Source: Alloprevotella sp.
Lineage (GTDB): Bacteria > Bacillota > Clostridia > Oscillospirales > Oscillospiraceae
DNA length: 64,000 bases
NCBI GenBank assembly: GCA_963618155.1
Contig: CAVEQW010000036.1
Location: 10,038 to 74,037 of the forward strand
Reading direction: 5' to 3'
Shown here one piece after another: positions 25,559 to 35,791 of the stretch. Each line of letters begins with the position of its first letter. Positions within the stretch are counted from its first letter, which is position 1. The notes under the pieces were generated by a model, which saw only the letters and a list, made by a program, of their open reading frames with translations, searched no databases and had not been told where the DNA came from. The position numbers and the translations under genes were made by a program.

Positions 25559-27217
25559 ATGAAAACGAAGAAACTCTTGATATGCATTGCACTGCTGACG
25601 ATCCTGTCGATGATGCTCACCGCGTGCGGGTCGAACAGCGCCGCCCCCGAAACGGCGACTGCTCCTGCGGAAAGCGGCACGGCGGCCGAGACCGCCGCCG
25701 AGGTCAAGACGGAAGAGACAGAAGAAAACGGCGAGCACGTTCTGAACGTTCTCTGCGGCGGCCAGCAGGTGTCGCTCGAGGTTCTTGAGGCCTCCACCGG
25801 CTCCTCGAACATCGTCAGCAGAGCGCTCTACGACTGCCTGTGGGATTACTATTCCGACGATCCCACCAACTATCACTTCAACATCGCCACCGGCTATGAG
25901 TACAACGACGATCAGACGGTCATGACCATCAAGCTCCGCGATGACGCCTGCTTCTCCGACGGCACGCCCATCACGGCCGAGGACATTCTCTTCACCCTCA
26001 ACTACTACGTCGGCACCACGCAGTCGATGGCTGTCGAGGTGATCGACTTCGAGAACTCCTATGTCGAGGATGACAAGACGCTCGTTCTGACCTTCACCGC
26101 GGCCAGCCCCGTCATCGCCGACAACTTTGCCGGCCTGAAGATGGTGAGCAAGGCGGCCTATGAAAACAGCGACGCCGACACGCTTGCCTTTGAGCCGGTC
26201 TCCAGCGGCGCCTACATGATCGAGACCTTCGAGACGGGCGAGCCGATCGTCCTTGTCAAGAACCCCTACTACTACGGCGCGGACGAGCTTTACTACGACA
26301 AGGTCGTTCTCACCTGCATCAGCAACGAGAACTCCCGCTACCTCACCTTCCAGAGCGACGACAGCTATGACATCATGACCATCAACTCGAACGAGTATGT
26401 CGCCATGATCCGCGACGGCGATACGGCGGGTGCGCACCTCCAGAGCACGGCGATGCAGTGCCTTGTCTATATGGCCTTCAACACCTATGACTACCCGCAG
26501 TTCGCGGACGTCAACATCCGCGCGGCCATTGCCCACGCGGTCGACTGGGAGACCATGATCTACGGCATCTGCGGCGACGACTACACGATCGCCACCTCCC
26601 CGCTGCTCCCCCATGTGAACTGGGCGTACTACAACACCGGCGTCTATGAATACGATCCCGAGCTCGCGGCCGAGTATCTGGCGGCGGCCGGATATGAGCC
26701 GGGCGAATTCTCCTTCACCTGCCGCATCGCGGACGAGGACTTCAACGCGGACATCTGCGAGGCCATGCAGGCTTACCTCAGCGAGGTCGGCATTACCATG
26801 AACATCAGCCTGTCCGACTCTCCCACCGTCCGTGCCGAGATCCGCAACAACGAGATCGAGTGCGGCATCGCCAAGGCCATGGGCAGCGGCGACCCGACGA
26901 GCGTTGTCCGCTCCAGAGTCAGCACGACCCCCGCAAACATCTACCACATGGTGGCTACCCCCGATCTGGGTGACACCTACCTGCTCGACCTGTTTGACGA
27001 GGCATCCTACTCCAACGAGGGCCGTGAGTACCGCATCGGCCTCTACGAAGAGGTCCAGCAGCTCATGTTCGACTACTACAACTGCTATCCCCTCTATGAG
27101 ACGAATGCATTCCTCGGCGTGCGGGATCAGCTCGGCGACATCGCGGCCGCCTGCGAGACCTCCATGGGCGACCTCTGCCTGAGCCAGCTCACGACGGAGC
27201 TTGTCGAGTCCTGGTGA
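25559..27217 (+). CDS. ABC transporter substrate-binding lipoprotein, family 5 (peptide/nickel/opine type)
   Basis: 552-aa ORF with lipobox MKTKKLLICIALLTILSMMLTACGS. The length and composition are typical of SBP_bac_5. It is followed by DppB/C/D/F-type genes. Confidence 0.8.
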   Translation: MKTKKLLICIALLTILSMMLTACGSNSAAPETATAPAESGTAAETAAEVKTEETEENGEHVLNVLCGGQQVSLEVLEASTGSSNIVSRALYDCLWDYYSDDPTNYHFNIATGYEYNDDQTVMTIKLRDDACFSDGTPITAEDILFTLNYYVGTTQSMAVEVIDFENSYVEDDKTLVLTFTAASPVIADNFAGLKMVSKAAYENSDADTLAFEPVSSGAYMIETFETGEPIVLVKNPYYYGADELYYDKVVLTCISNENSRYLTFQSDDSYDIMTINSNEYVAMIRDGDTAGAHLQSTAMQCLVYMAFNTYDYPQFADVNIRAAIAHAVDWETMIYGICGDDYTIATSPLLPHVNWAYYNTGVYEYDPELAAEYLAAAGYEPGEFSFTCRIADEDFNADICEAMQAYLSEVGITMNISLSDSPTVRAEIRNNEIECGIAKAMGSGDPTSVVRSRVSTTPANIYHMVATPDLGDTYLLDLFDEASYSNEGREYRIGLYEEVQQLMFDYYNCYPLYETNAFLGVRDQLGDIAAACETSMGDLCLSQLTTELVESW

Positions 27218-27318
27218 TTAAGGCAACGGATTTTTCCTGAATGACGCTGTGGCCACAATTCGATGGCTTTGCCCTTGGATTGTGGCCGTTTTTATATCGA
27301 AGCGGAAAGGGTGGAAGG

Positions 27319-28299
27319 ATGTTCAGATATTTTATCAGAAGACTGCTGCTCATCATACCGGTCCTGGTCGGCTGTGTAGTCATAGTCTTTACCATCAATT
27401 ACTTTTCTTCCGTAAGTCCCGCGGAAGTCATACTCTCCTCCAATGCCACCGATGAGGAGATCGCGGCCAAGGAGGAGGAGCTCGGCCTGAACGAGCCCTA
27501 TCTCACGCAGCTGGGAAATTATTTCTGGAATATCATCACGAAGTTTGATTTCGGCAAGTCGTATATCCACGGCGTCTCCGTGCGGGAGCTTATCCTGAAG
27601 AGAATGCCGGTCAGTATACGGATCGGTATCCTCGCCTCCGTGCTGGCCTCCCTGATCGGTATCCCCATGGGGATCCTGTCCGCGGTGCATCAGGGGAAGC
27701 CACTGGATTATACCTCCTCGTTCATCGCCATTCTCCTCGGCGCCTGCCCCGCGTTCGTGCTCTGCCTGTTCCTGCAGCTCTTCTTTACGGTCAAGCTGAC
27801 ATGGTTCCCCGTTACGGGCATCAGCACGTGGAAGGGTTATGTGCTTCCGATCGTGGCCAGCGCCATGATGCCCGTCGGCATGATCATGCGTATGACCCGC
27901 TCGTCCATGCTCGAGACGGTGCGCAAGGACTTTATCCGGACGGCAAGAGCCAAGGGCGTGCCGGAAAAGAGGGTCATCTGGAAGCATTGTCTGAACAACG
28001 CGCTGATCCCCATCGTGACGGTCGTGGGCAACAACTTCGGCGTGTCCATGACGGGCTCGCTGATAACGGAGAACATCTTCAACGTCCCCGGCCTCGGCTA
28101 TCTGATGAATTCGTCCATCGTTTCCAAGGACTATATCACGACGCAGGGCTGCGTCCTCTTTACCGCGTTCCTTGTCACCTTCTGCATCCTGCTCACCGAC
28201 ATGGTGTATGCGCTCGTTGACCCGCGCATCAAGGCGCAGTATCAGGGCATGGGACGGCGGCCGAAAAGAAGCAAGGAAAAGGAGGCGTCTGCGGCATGA
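27319..28299 (+). CDS. ABC transporter permease (DppB/OppB-like)
   Basis: Start MFRYFIRRLLLIIPVLVGCVVIVF is a typical OppB N-terminus. It has an EAA-type loop (RTARAKGVPEKRVIWKHCLNNALIP). Confidence 0.9.
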   Translation: MFRYFIRRLLLIIPVLVGCVVIVFTINYFSSVSPAEVILSSNATDEEIAAKEEELGLNEPYLTQLGNYFWNIITKFDFGKSYIHGVSVRELILKRMPVSIRIGILASVLASLIGIPMGILSAVHQGKPLDYTSSFIAILLGACPAFVLCLFLQLFFTVKLTWFPVTGISTWKGYVLPIVASAMMPVGMIMRMTRSSMLETVRKDFIRTARAKGVPEKRVIWKHCLNNALIPIVTVVGNNFGVSMTGSLITENIFNVPGLGYLMNSSIVSKDYITTQGCVLFTAFLVTFCILLTDMVYALVDPRIKAQYQGMGRRPKRSKEKEASAA

Positions 28300-29180
28300 T
28301 CGGGAAACTGAACAGAAAAGAAGCGATCCTGAATAAAGGTGCAACGCCGGGAAAGCTCTTTGTCAAGCGCTTTGCGAGAAACAAGGTCGCGGTCGCCGCG
28401 CTCGTTGTGATACTCTGCCTTTTCCTGATGGCGTGCTTTGCGCCGCAGATCGCGCCCTATGATTATTCCGCGATCGACATCAAGAACAAGCTGCAGTACC
28501 CGTCCGCCGGGCATCTGCTCGGAACGGACAACCTCGGAAGAGATATGCTCTCCCGCTGCATCTGGGGCGGACGCGTCTCCCTGCTGGTGGCGCTGTTCTC
28601 CGTCAGCATCAGCACCGTGGCCGCCATCGTCATCGGCTCCATCGCGGGCTACTTCGGCGGTCAGATCGACAACATCATCATGCGCATCTGCGACATCTTT
28701 CTGGCGATACCGGGGCTGGTGCTGGCCATGTGCGTATCCGCCGCGCTCGGTACGGGCATCGTGAACACCTGCATCGCCATGGCGATCACGGCGACGCCCG
28801 GCCTTGTCCGACAGATACGCGCCTCCATCATCCTGCTCCGCGACCAGGAATTCATCGAGGCCTCCAAGGCCTTCGGCGGGAGCAACGCCGGCATCATCAT
28901 CAAGCACGTCGTTCCGAACGCCTTTGCCCCCATGATCATCCAGATCGCCATGAGCCTCGGCAGCTGCATCATGCAGATCGCGGGAATGTCCTTCCTCGGC
29001 CTGGGCGTGCAGCCGCCCACACCGGAATGGGGCAACATGGTCTCCGCAGGGCGGGACTATCTGACGAAATTCTATCCGATGTTCCTGTATCCGGCGCTGT
29101 TTGTCGTTGTCACGATGCTGTCGTTCAACATGGTCGGCGATGGACTCCGCGATGCGCTCGACCCGCATATGAAGCGCTGA
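28296..29180 (+). CDS. ABC transporter permease (DppC/OppC-like)
   Basis: Its start overlaps the preceding stop. It carries LGTDNLGRDMLSR and an EAA loop (EASKAFGGSNAGIIIKHVVPN). Confidence 0.9.
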   Translation: MIGKLNRKEAILNKGATPGKLFVKRFARNKVAVAALVVILCLFLMACFAPQIAPYDYSAIDIKNKLQYPSAGHLLGTDNLGRDMLSRCIWGGRVSLLVALFSVSISTVAAIVIGSIAGYFGGQIDNIIMRICDIFLAIPGLVLAMCVSAALGTGIVNTCIAMAITATPGLVRQIRASIILLRDQEFIEASKAFGGSNAGIIIKHVVPNAFAPMIIQIAMSLGSCIMQIAGMSFLGLGVQPPTPEWGNMVSAGRDYLTKFYPMFLYPALFVVVTMLSFNMVGDGLRDALDPHMKR

Positions 29181-29202
29181 TGCAGCTTGGGAGGTCTTCA
29201 CT

Positions 29203-30192
29203 ATGAGTTTGTTGGAAATCCGCGGATTAAAGATCCAGTTCAACACGGACACAGGCGTGGTCAAGGCTGTAAACGGCGTGGATCTGGACATTGAAGAGGG
29301 CGAATCTCTGGGTCTCGTCGGCGAGACGGGCGCAGGGAAGACGACGACGGCGCTCGGCATTATGAACCTGATCGAGACGCCGCCCGGCGAGATATGCGAG
29401 GGCAGCATCCTGTATAATGGGCAGGATCTCCTCAAGATGAAGGAGAACGAGCTGCGTAAGCTGCGCGGCAACGAGATGTCCATGATATTCCAGGATCCGA
29501 TGAGCGCGCTGAACCCCATCATGACCATCGGGGATCAGATCGTCGAGGCGATACGCCTGCATCAGGACTGCTCGGCGCTGGAGGCGGAGCAGACCATGCT
29601 GTCGCTGCTCAACAAGGTCAGGATCGCGCCCGACCGCGCGCATGAGTATCCGCACCAGTTCTCCGGCGGCATGAAGCAGCGCATCGTGATCGCCATGGCG
29701 CTTGCGTGCAACCCGAAGCTGCTGATCGCGGACGAGCCGACGACGGCGCTGGACGTGACGATACAGGCGCAGGTGCTCTCGATGATAAACGACCTGAAAA
29801 AAGAGTTCAACACCTCGATGCTCATGATAACCCACGATCTCGGCATCGTCGCCGAATCCTGCACCAGAGTCGCCATCATGTATGCGGGCGAGATCGTCGA
29901 ATCCGGCGAGACGGCGCAGATATTCGACGAGACGGCGCACCCGTACACGGAGGCTCTGTTCGATTCCATCCCCTCTCTCAGCACCAAAACGGCCCGGCTT
30001 TCGCCGATACCCGGCCTGATGCCGGATCCGACGGAGCTGCCGTGCGGCTGCGTGTTCCACCCGAGGTGTACGCGGCGGATGGAGCAGTGTGATAAGGTCG
30101 TTCCGGAGGCGCATGAGGTGTCGCCGGGACACGTGGTAAAGTGTCACCTATACTGCGACGGAGCGCGTCCGGAGCATCGGGAGAGGATGTGA
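29203..30192 (+). CDS. ABC transporter ATP-binding protein (OppD/DppD-like)
   Basis: Walker A GETGAGKTT, signature FSGGMKQR, Walker B LLIADEPTTALD and a C-terminal oligopeptide-type extension with Cys residues. Confidence 0.92.
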   Translation: MSLLEIRGLKIQFNTDTGVVKAVNGVDLDIEEGESLGLVGETGAGKTTTALGIMNLIETPPGEICEGSILYNGQDLLKMKENELRKLRGNEMSMIFQDPMSALNPIMTIGDQIVEAIRLHQDCSALEAEQTMLSLLNKVRIAPDRAHEYPHQFSGGMKQRIVIAMALACNPKLLIADEPTTALDVTIQAQVLSMINDLKKEFNTSMLMITHDLGIVAESCTRVAIMYAGEIVESGETAQIFDETAHPYTEALFDSIPSLSTKTARLSPIPGLMPDPTELPCGCVFHPRCTRRMEQCDKVVPEAHEVSPGHVVKCHLYCDGARPEHRERM

Positions 30193-30197
30193 GCGGC

Positions 30198-31160
30198 ATG
30201 GCTGATCTGCTTGAAGTAAAGAACCTGAAGAAATATTTTAAAACCAACAGGGGCTATCTCCACGCGGTGGACAACGTATCCTTTTCCATCGCGGAGGGAC
30301 GGACGCTCGGCGTGGTCGGCGAGTCCGGCTGCGGCAAATCCACGCTTGGCCGCGCCATCCTCGGCCTGAACGAGGCGACCGGCGGCAGCATTTTCTTTGA
30401 GGGCAACGACATCACCCATGTGCGCGGCCGCAAACGGAAAGAGGTCAAGCAGAAAATGCAGATCATTTTCCAGGATCCCTATTCCTCGCTGGACGGCCGG
30501 ATGAACATCATGTCCCTCATCGAGGAGCCGCTTCGCATCTCCCGCCAGTACCGCGACAAGGCGTCGCTGGAAAAGCGCGTCTATGAGCTGATGGACACGG
30601 TGGGACTCTCGCGGCGCTATATGTACTCCTATCCGCACGAGCTGGACGGCGGGCGGCGGCAGCGCGTCGGCATTGCGAGAGCGCTGGCGATGAACCCGCG
30701 CTTTATCGTCTGCGACGAGCCGGTCAGCGCGCTCGATGTGTCCATCCAGGCGCAGATACTGAACCTGCTGATGGATCTCCAGGAGGCGTCCGACCTCACC
30801 TATATCTTCATCACGCACAACCTGTCCGTCGTGAAGCACGTTTCCTCGGACATCATGGTCATGTATATGGGCTGCATGGTGGAGAAGGCCGAGACGGAGG
30901 AGCTTTTTGCCCACCATCTCCACCCCTATACCAAGGGACTGTTTTCCGCGATCCCCATTCCCTCCCTCCATGTCCAGCGGAACCAGATATTGCTGGACGG
31001 CGAGGTCACCTCTCCCATCGACCCGAAGCCGGGCTGCCGCTTCTGCTCGCGCTGCGTGTATGCCAAGGACATCTGCCGCACGGAGGATCCGCAGATAGAA
31101 GAGGTGCTGCCGGGTCATTATGTGGCCTGCCACTGCGTGCGGGAGATCAACGATCTGTAA
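30198..31160 (+). CDS. ABC transporter ATP-binding protein (OppF/DppF-like)
   Basis: ATG 30198. Walker A GESGCGKST, signature LDGGRRQR, Walker B FIVCDEPVSALD. The upstream part of ORF 30141 overlaps the previous gene. Confidence 0.92.
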   Translation: MADLLEVKNLKKYFKTNRGYLHAVDNVSFSIAEGRTLGVVGESGCGKSTLGRAILGLNEATGGSIFFEGNDITHVRGRKRKEVKQKMQIIFQDPYSSLDGRMNIMSLIEEPLRISRQYRDKASLEKRVYELMDTVGLSRRYMYSYPHELDGGRRQRVGIARALAMNPRFIVCDEPVSALDVSIQAQILNLLMDLQEASDLTYIFITHNLSVVKHVSSDIMVMYMGCMVEKAETEELFAHHLHPYTKGLFSAIPIPSLHVQRNQILLDGEVTSPIDPKPGCRFCSRCVYAKDICRTEDPQIEEVLPGHYVACHCVREINDL

Positions 31161-31175
31161 CGGAGGGACGGCGGA

Positions 31176-31721
31176 ATGGCACGTCTGCATCGGGATTGGT
31201 ATCTGGAGGGCTGGCACCGGGAATACTGCGAGGTAAACGGGAGGCGGCGCACGGTGTGGAAATACACCGGCGAATACTTCCGCTTCGCGCTGTCCCCGAG
31301 GGGGCTTGCACGCCTGAAGGCGGCGTATCCGCTGCTCACACTCCTGATGCTGGGGCTCTGGTTTTATCTCTCCATGCTGCGCGTTGCAGGACGCGAGATG
31401 TTCTTTGTCGGAGCCGAGTGGTTTCTCTGCATACTCCCGTTCATGCCGCTGCTTTTGGGGGCGGCGAGCTTTCTGACCGTGCCGGAGCGAATGACCTATC
31501 GCGCCATGTACGGCTCCTATAAGCGCTGCAGATACGCTGGCCTTGTCCTGCTGGCGCTGCTCGGGCTGACGGCCGTCGGGGAGATCGTTTTCCTCTGCCT
31601 GTACGGCGCGCAGGTCGCGCTGCTGCGCGAAATTCTGTGGCTTGCGGGCGTTCTTGCCTGCCTTGCCTGCGATGTGGCCATCGTGCTGCTGCTGCGCAGA
31701 TACCCGCCGATGCTTGATTAA
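31176..31721 (+). CDS. Hypothetical ~4-TM membrane protein
   Basis: 181-aa ORF, 15 nt after oppF. It has about four hydrophobic helices after a basic, Trp/Tyr-rich N-terminus. No family was recognised. Confidence 0.55.
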   Translation: MARLHRDWYLEGWHREYCEVNGRRRTVWKYTGEYFRFALSPRGLARLKAAYPLLTLLMLGLWFYLSMLRVAGREMFFVGAEWFLCILPFMPLLLGAASFLTVPERMTYRAMYGSYKRCRYAGLVLLALLGLTAVGEIVFLCLYGAQVALLREILWLAGVLACLACDVAIVLLLRRYPPMLD

Positions 31722-31786
31722 GCAACGGATGCGGCGCTGCTCCGCGCCCGTCCGCGATGAACCCATACCAAAGGAGGCGCTTACAT

Positions 31787-33607
31787 ATGGATAAGAAGAT
31801 CTCACTGGAGCAGCTTCTGGAGCTGACCTACAGCAAGGGCAACCGGGGCGAGAACCCGGAGGCCAAGGCTCCGAGCACACCGGAGGAATACATCATCCAG
31901 AAGGGCGACGGCTTTGCCCTCGCGTCCATGCGGATCGGGAAGGTTCCCGGACTGGGGCTCACGCCCGACCAGACCATGAAAAACGTTCCGCTCTGGCTGG
32001 GCGAGACACCGGAGATACCGGAGCTTGCCTATGAGGAGGACTGCGAGCTGCTTGTCATCGGCGCGGGTCAGTCCGGCTCGGCGGCCACGCTTCGCGCGGC
32101 GGAGCTCGGCGCCAAGGTGCTGTGCCTCGAAAGCCAGACCTGGGAGGAATATGACGACTACGCCTGCGATATGGCGACCTACAACTCCCGTTATTTTCTG
32201 GAGCGCGGCGTTCCGGAATATGACCTCATGGAGATTTTTAACGAATATATGCGCAAGTCGCTGGGGCACGCTCACCCGAAGCTGGTGCGCGACTATGTGA
32301 CCCGGTCCGGCGAGATGCTCGACTGGCTCCTGGAGCATATTCCCGAGGAATACATCCGGCGCTATGCGCGGATCCACAACCGGAACGGGAACCCGCACTT
32401 TGACGGCTCCTCCTGCGGCTCCGGCAGCTTCATCGGCCTGCTTCAATGGCGCGACGAGGAGACGAATATCAATATGTGGCCGTTTGTCATGCGCTCGGTA
32501 CACGAGTCGGCAAGGCAGCACGGCGCAAAATTCAAATACGGCGCCCAGGCGATACGCCTGCTTCAGGACGAGAGCGGCCGCGTGACCGGCTGCATCGCCA
32601 GGGACATCGAAAACCGCTTTTTCAAGGTGAACAGCCGCGTCACGCTGCTTGCGGCGGGCGACTTCGGCGGGAACCCGGATATGCTTCTCGACCTGAGCGA
32701 CCGGATGCGGAACATCGCGTGGTCGTTCGGCCATGACCGAAGCTCCGTTGACAGCATTGTCTGCGGCGGACGCGACGGCTCCGGCATACGGATGGCGCTG
32801 TGGGCCGGCGCCACCATGGAGGTCGGCCCCCGCGCGCCGATGGGCGCCAACATGAACAAGCGCCCCGAGTTCCCCTTTGGCGGCATATGGCCGTGCTTCG
32901 GGCCGGACGGCAGGCGCTTCACCAACGAGTCCATCATCCATCACGGCGAGGATGGCGCCTCGGATATGCTCCCGCTGGGCGGCATCATGGCCGTGGTCAC
33001 GGATGCCAACTGGGACAGCTACTGCGAATATCAGGGCTACGGCCACGAGGTGATGGATCGCAGCAACCCCCATATGCTGGAGACTGTTCGCGCCGAAATG
33101 GCGAATTACAAGACCGGACGCGACGGCTTCCTGGTGCAGGAGTTTGCGCGCTACGGCAAGGAATACACGCGGATATTCGCCGCCGATACGCTCGAGGAGC
33201 TCGGCACGATACTCGGCTATGAGGGCGAGGCGCTGCAGGGCTTCCTGGACGAGGTGGCGCACTGGAACGAGATGTGCCACGCCGGAAAGGACACCGACTG
33301 GGGTATCGACCCCAAGTGCCTGTTCCCCATCGAGAAGGCGCCGTTCTTCGGCCGCTCGTCCGCGCTCCAGAACGGCAAGGTCTTCGGCGGCCTCTGCCAG
33401 CACGCCGGCATATGCACGGATGGAAGCTACCGCGTGCTGAACAAGGACAAGCACCCGCTGGGCGGGCTTTACGCGGTCGGCAACAACTGCGGCCAGCGCT
33501 ACGGCGTTCAGTACAGCACGCCGACCGGCGGCAACTGCTGCGGCTTCGCGCTGACGAACGGCTATGTCTCGGCGGAGTATATCTGCGGCGAGCTCCAAAA
33601 CGGATAA
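31787..33607 (+). CDS. FAD-dependent oxidoreductase, fumarate reductase / 3-ketosteroid-dehydrogenase flavoprotein family
   Basis: ATG 31787 follows aaaggagg. The dinucleotide fold LLVIGAGQSGSAATLRAAELGAKVLCLE sits about 95 aa into the protein. The C-terminal FAD motif is GGLYAVGNNCG...TNGYVSAEY. There is no signal peptide. Confidence 0.72.
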   Translation: MDKKISLEQLLELTYSKGNRGENPEAKAPSTPEEYIIQKGDGFALASMRIGKVPGLGLTPDQTMKNVPLWLGETPEIPELAYEEDCELLVIGAGQSGSAATLRAAELGAKVLCLESQTWEEYDDYACDMATYNSRYFLERGVPEYDLMEIFNEYMRKSLGHAHPKLVRDYVTRSGEMLDWLLEHIPEEYIRRYARIHNRNGNPHFDGSSCGSGSFIGLLQWRDEETNINMWPFVMRSVHESARQHGAKFKYGAQAIRLLQDESGRVTGCIARDIENRFFKVNSRVTLLAAGDFGGNPDMLLDLSDRMRNIAWSFGHDRSSVDSIVCGGRDGSGIRMALWAGATMEVGPRAPMGANMNKRPEFPFGGIWPCFGPDGRRFTNESIIHHGEDGASDMLPLGGIMAVVTDANWDSYCEYQGYGHEVMDRSNPHMLETVRAEMANYKTGRDGFLVQEFARYGKEYTRIFAADTLEELGTILGYEGEALQGFLDEVAHWNEMCHAGKDTDWGIDPKCLFPIEKAPFFGRSSALQNGKVFGGLCQHAGICTDGSYRVLNKDKHPLGGLYAVGNNCGQRYGVQYSTPTGGNCCGFALTNGYVSAEYICGELQNG

Positions 33608-33710
33608 GGCCGCGCCATGAACCGAAAGGGAGGGCGAAAAATCTGGCGGTACGCGCCCTCCTTCTCACGCACACTTACATACGCCGGCACCGCACGGCAG
33701 AGGTTTTCTC

Positions 33711-35720
33711 ATGAACGAACGTGTTTCCGCGCTCCTTTCCCCATTGAAAATAGGCAATGTCGTCCTGAAAAGCCGCTTGTGCTATCCCAACGCGTCCCCG
33801 CACTTTCTGCAGGGACCCGAGACATGGCCGTCCGATGAATTCCGTAATTTCTATGCGAACCTGGCCAAGAGCGGCGCGGCCTATATCGACCTCTGGGAGT
33901 GGAACAACCCGAAACAGCGCGTCGAGGGCGAGCAGGACAGCATCCGTATGCAGTGCTTTGACACGAGCGACCCCAGCACGACCAACTATCTCTCCGCGCT
34001 GGCGGACGAGGTGCATTTCTACGGCTCCAAGCTCTGCGTGGTCAAGAAGTTCACCTGGCCGGAGGGCTATAGCTTCGGCGGCGGCTTCCCCATCTATGCC
34101 CGTCCCGGCCTCCGGAGAGTCGAGACGAAGGCCGTGACCGAGGAAATGATACAGGAGGCTGTGGAGGATATCGTCCGGAGCCTCGAGATGTATAAGACCT
34201 GCGGCTATGACATGGTCTGCTTCATGATGGACTGGTTCCTGAATCCCAACGCCAACCACCGCACGGACAAATACGGCGCGCAGACGCCGGAGAATGCGGC
34301 GAACTTCATGAAGCTGCTTGCGACCCGGATCAAGGAGCGGCTGGGAAAGGATTTCCTGATCGAGGGGCAGATCCACGGCGAAGAGCACCGCGCGTTCTCC
34401 GTGGACGACATGGTGCGCTTCCTCAAGGCGCTGGAGGGCTATATCGACATCGTGTCCCTGCGCGAAAAGGATGCGCCGCTCAACCACCCGAGCGGATATA
34501 ACTTCAAGGAAAACGTATACCCCTGCGTGGAGTATGCCCGCGCGATCAAGGCCAGCGGCAACACGATGAAGGTGGCGCTGAACGGCGGCTTCCAGAACCC
34601 GGAGGTCAGCAACCGGTACATCGCGGACGGGAGCGCTGACCTCATCAGCCAGTCCCGCGGCTTCATCGCCGACTGCGATTATTTCCAGAAGATCAAGGAG
34701 GATCGCGTGGAGGACATCATCCCCTGCGTGCTCTGCAATAAATGCCACGGGCTCCTGCGCGGGCCGTGGATCAGCGTCTGCACCGTCAACCCGAAGTTCG
34801 GTATGCAGGCGAAAATGAAGCGGATGATCGACGCGCCCACCGGCGTGCGGAGGGTCGCGGTCATCGGCGGCGGCCCCACCGGCCTGCACGCGGCGATGTA
34901 TGCCGCTGACCGCGGCCATCAGGTGACGCTCTACGAAAAGACCGATAAGCTGGGCGGCCAGCTCTTCCACAGCGACTATGTTTCCTTTAAGTGGCCGCTG
35001 AAGCGCTTCAAGGAGTGGATGATCGCCCAGTGCGAGAAGCGGGACAACATTCAGATCGTCCTCAACTGCGCGCCCACGCGGGAGGAGCTGCTGGCGCAGG
35101 GCTATGACGCGGTCATCGCGGCGACGGGCGCTGTCCCCAATGTCCCGAACGTGGAGGGCATGAGAGACGCGGACGGGAAGCTTGCGCCCGGTCTTATGAC
35201 CTGCCTCGATGTTTACGGCCACGAGGACGAGCTCGGCAGGAACGTCGTCGTGATCGGCGGCTCCGAGACGGGCATCGAAACGGCGATGCACCTGACGGAA
35301 AAGGGTCACACCGTCCATGTTCTCAGCCGCCAGAAGGAGCTTGCGCCCGATGCGGGCAAGCTGCACGGCATCACGATGGCCTATGCGGAAAACCGTCCCG
35401 ACGGGACGGAGGATATGTTCGCCGCGTGGGAGATGTACGGCGCGCGGCGCGACCTCTGGGGCAGCGGGCTCAGCTGGACGCTCGAGGCGACCACGACGAG
35501 GGTGGAGCCGAAGCGCGTCACCTTTGTGACAAAGGACGGCGTGGAGCACGTTATGGACTGCGACACGGTCGTGATATCCGGCGGCATGAAGCCGTGCACG
35601 GACGAGGCGCTCGCCTATGCGGGAACGGCCAACCAGTTCATGGCCGTCGGTGACTGCGAGAAGCCGACCAACCTGCAGATAAACCTGCGCCGCGCGCTGG
35701 GAGCGGCCTCCCAGATCTGA
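33711..35720 (+). CDS. NADH:flavin oxidoreductase with Fe-S and FAD/NAD(P) domains (2-enoate reductase / 2,4-dienoyl-CoA reductase / BaiH family), copy 1
   Basis: 669 aa. It has an N-terminal TIM-barrel-like region, the 4Fe-4S motif CVLCNKCHG..(x)..C, and VAVIGGGPTGLHAAMYAADRGHQVTLYEK plus a second Rossmann motif VVVIGGSETGIE. Confidence 0.8.
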   Translation: MNERVSALLSPLKIGNVVLKSRLCYPNASPHFLQGPETWPSDEFRNFYANLAKSGAAYIDLWEWNNPKQRVEGEQDSIRMQCFDTSDPSTTNYLSALADEVHFYGSKLCVVKKFTWPEGYSFGGGFPIYARPGLRRVETKAVTEEMIQEAVEDIVRSLEMYKTCGYDMVCFMMDWFLNPNANHRTDKYGAQTPENAANFMKLLATRIKERLGKDFLIEGQIHGEEHRAFSVDDMVRFLKALEGYIDIVSLREKDAPLNHPSGYNFKENVYPCVEYARAIKASGNTMKVALNGGFQNPEVSNRYIADGSADLISQSRGFIADCDYFQKIKEDRVEDIIPCVLCNKCHGLLRGPWISVCTVNPKFGMQAKMKRMIDAPTGVRRVAVIGGGPTGLHAAMYAADRGHQVTLYEKTDKLGGQLFHSDYVSFKWPLKRFKEWMIAQCEKRDNIQIVLNCAPTREELLAQGYDAVIAATGAVPNVPNVEGMRDADGKLAPGLMTCLDVYGHEDELGRNVVVIGGSETGIETAMHLTEKGHTVHVLSRQKELAPDAGKLHGITMAYAENRPDGTEDMFAAWEMYGARRDLWGSGLSWTLEATTTRVEPKRVTFVTKDGVEHVMDCDTVVISGGMKPCTDEALAYAGTANQFMAVGDCEKPTNLQINLRRALGAASQI

Positions 35721-35791
35721 GCGCCGGTCACGCGGAGGCGGCCTCCGCAGAAGTAAGCTGTTGTATTTGTTGTATTTGAAGGAGAGCAAGC

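Noticed and set aside
25423-25788. 121-aa ORF spanning the long leader and the start of the SBP gene, considered as a possible leader peptide or regulator.
   Set aside because: It has no RBS. It runs out of frame into the clearly real SBP gene, and its composition is not protein-like.
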